Virus record (IMG/VR): IMGVR_UViG_3300017923_000002
Location: 1-15,700 of that record
DNA: 15,700 bases
Reading direction: 5' to 3' (one strand)
DNA from: a virus
Shown: piece after piece, positions 14,890-15,700 of the stretch
How the letters are laid out: each line of letters opens with the position of its first letter
Numbering within the stretch: position 1 is the first letter of the stretch
Translations under genes and position numbers: made by a program
Notes under the pieces: generated by a model
What the model saw: the letters and a program-made list of their open reading frames with translations, nothing else
What the model was told of the DNA's origin: nothing
Databases searched by the model: none

Positions 14890-15573
14890 ATGAAAGCAGT
14901 TGCATATCTTCGGGTTTCGACGCGGAGCCAGGGTGACAGTAAGTTGGGGCTGGAATCACAACTGGACCAGATTCAAACCTATTGCCAAAGGCAGGGCCTG
15001 GAGCTGGCCGCCGTTCATCAAGATGTTATCTCCGGTGGTTCGCCTTTGGATAAGCGGGACGGGTGGCTGGATGCAATGGCCGACCTGGAACCTGGAGATC
15101 AACTTGTCGTCGCAAAACGGGACCGAATCGCGCGCGACACATTGGTTTCCGCCTTGGCTGAAAAATCCATCCAGGACAAAAAAGCCAGGATCGTTTCCGC
15201 TGCGGGTGAAGGCACAAACGACGAAGATCCGACTTCGGTTCTTATGCGAAAGATCCTTGACGCCTTTTCCGAATACGAACGCTTGCAGATCCGGGCCAGG
15301 ACCAGGGGGGCCTTGAAAGCGAAAAAGGCCAGGAACGAAAAAACGGGCGGGGACGTTCCCTTTGGTTATGACGCCGACGAAAACGGACATCTGATTCCTA
15401 ACCAAGAGGAACAGCTTGTCATTGCCGAAGTCCTGGATCTTCGGGACCGGGAAGGGTTCAGCTTTCAAAAAATCGCCGACTTTCTGAACGACAAGGGGAT
15501 CAAAACCAAGACGGGAAAACACTGGAATCGCCAAAACGTAAACGGTTTATATAAGAGGGTTGCCAATGGGTAA
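14890..15573 (+). CDS. Serine recombinase: resolvase-type catalytic domain plus a truncated recombinase domain, with no zinc-ribbon or coiled-coil
   Basis: AYLRVSTRSQ holds the catalytic Ser. Also VAKRDRIARD, the E-helix YERLQIRARTRGAL, then VPFGYD...FQKIADFLNDKGIKTKTGKHWNRQNVNGLYKR, typical of the first part of the large-serine-recombinase RD. The protein ends at 227 aa. Confidence 0.85.
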   Translation: MKAVAYLRVSTRSQGDSKLGLESQLDQIQTYCQRQGLELAAVHQDVISGGSPLDKRDGWLDAMADLEPGDQLVVAKRDRIARDTLVSALAEKSIQDKKARIVSAAGEGTNDEDPTSVLMRKILDAFSEYERLQIRARTRGALKAKKARNEKTGGDVPFGYDADENGHLIPNQEEQLVIAEVLDLRDREGFSFQKIADFLNDKGIKTKTGKHWNRQNVNGLYKRVANG

Positions 15574-15700
15574 ACGCATAGAGGATTCACTTGCAGCACA
15601 AAGGTTGATCAGGAAATTGGAAAATCTTCCCGAACATCGGAGAAGGAAATTGATCGGAGAGCTTGAAACAGGGGAACTTGCCATGCCTGAAAACAGGGAC
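15566..15700 (+). CDS. 5' part of the junction-spanning HTH gene (same gene as 1-306)
   Basis: ATG 15566 overlaps the recombinase stop (ATGGGTAA). The frame continues through 15577 into position 1. Confidence 0.65.
   Translation, partial: MGKRIEDSLAAQRLIRKLENLPEHRRRKLIGELETGELAMPENRD
15578..15700. repeat. Terminal direct repeat, copy 2 (wrap-around of positions 1-123)
   Basis: Identical to 1-123 and lies inside a coding frame, which favours circular wrap-around over a physical DTR. Confidence 0.97.

Larger units (their letters stand above)
1..15577 (+). mobile_element. Complete phage-like replicon (unit length 15,577 bp): packaging and head genes, plasmid-type partition and replication, and a serine recombinase. 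Candidate capsid-forming satellite / phage-plasmid.
   Basis: Exact 123-bp end repeat closes the sequence. Contains TerL, portal, scaffold and MCP plus ParA/RHH, primase-helicase, an iteron origin and a recombinase. No tail or lysis genes recognisable. All genes are co-oriented. Confidence 0.6.

Noticed and set aside
14641-14936. ORFs 14641-14856 (-) and 14688-14936 (+) in the long spacer
   Set aside because: They cross the terminator, the promoter and the recombinase RBS and start codon. They have no RBS and an implausible composition.
14956-15534. 192-aa minus-strand ORF and the 138-aa alternative + frame ORF (14900-15316)
   Set aside because: Both overlap the serine recombinase, whose catalytic motifs fix the real frame.

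Overview
The last 123 bp of the window (15578-15700) exactly repeat the first 123 bp. The window is therefore one complete 15,577-bp circular or terminally redundant replicon, read slightly past its own start. All convincing genes are on the + strand and tightly packed, with several ATGA start/stop overlaps. Gene order: a short serine recombinase, then a coupled HTH gene that spans the junction, then an AT-rich papain/transglutaminase-like Cys peptidase and a 71-aa ORF, followed by a strong terminator. Next come a trypsin-like Ser protease, a ParA/ParF-type ATPase and an RHH ParG-like protein. A promoter-driven trio of unknown genes follows (MerR-like 240 aa, Cys-rich 77 aa, 102 aa). Then a TOPRIM primase fused to a P-loop helicase-like domain, an iteron/AT-rich origin and two small ORFs. 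The packaging and head module is TerS-like, Zn-ribbon, TerL, ERCC4 nuclease, HTH, portal, 113 aa, scaffold, major capsid protein and 139 aa. I see no tail, tail-fibre, holin or DNA polymerase gene and no convincing endolysin. My best reading is a head-only, helper-dependent capsid-forming satellite that is maintained like a plasmid (a satellite phage-plasmid). Noncoding signals include 9-bp iterons, two arrays of helically phased GGTT/GGTA repeats, and a 429-bp structured spacer upstream of the recombinase. All functional calls rest on motifs read by eye, with no database search.
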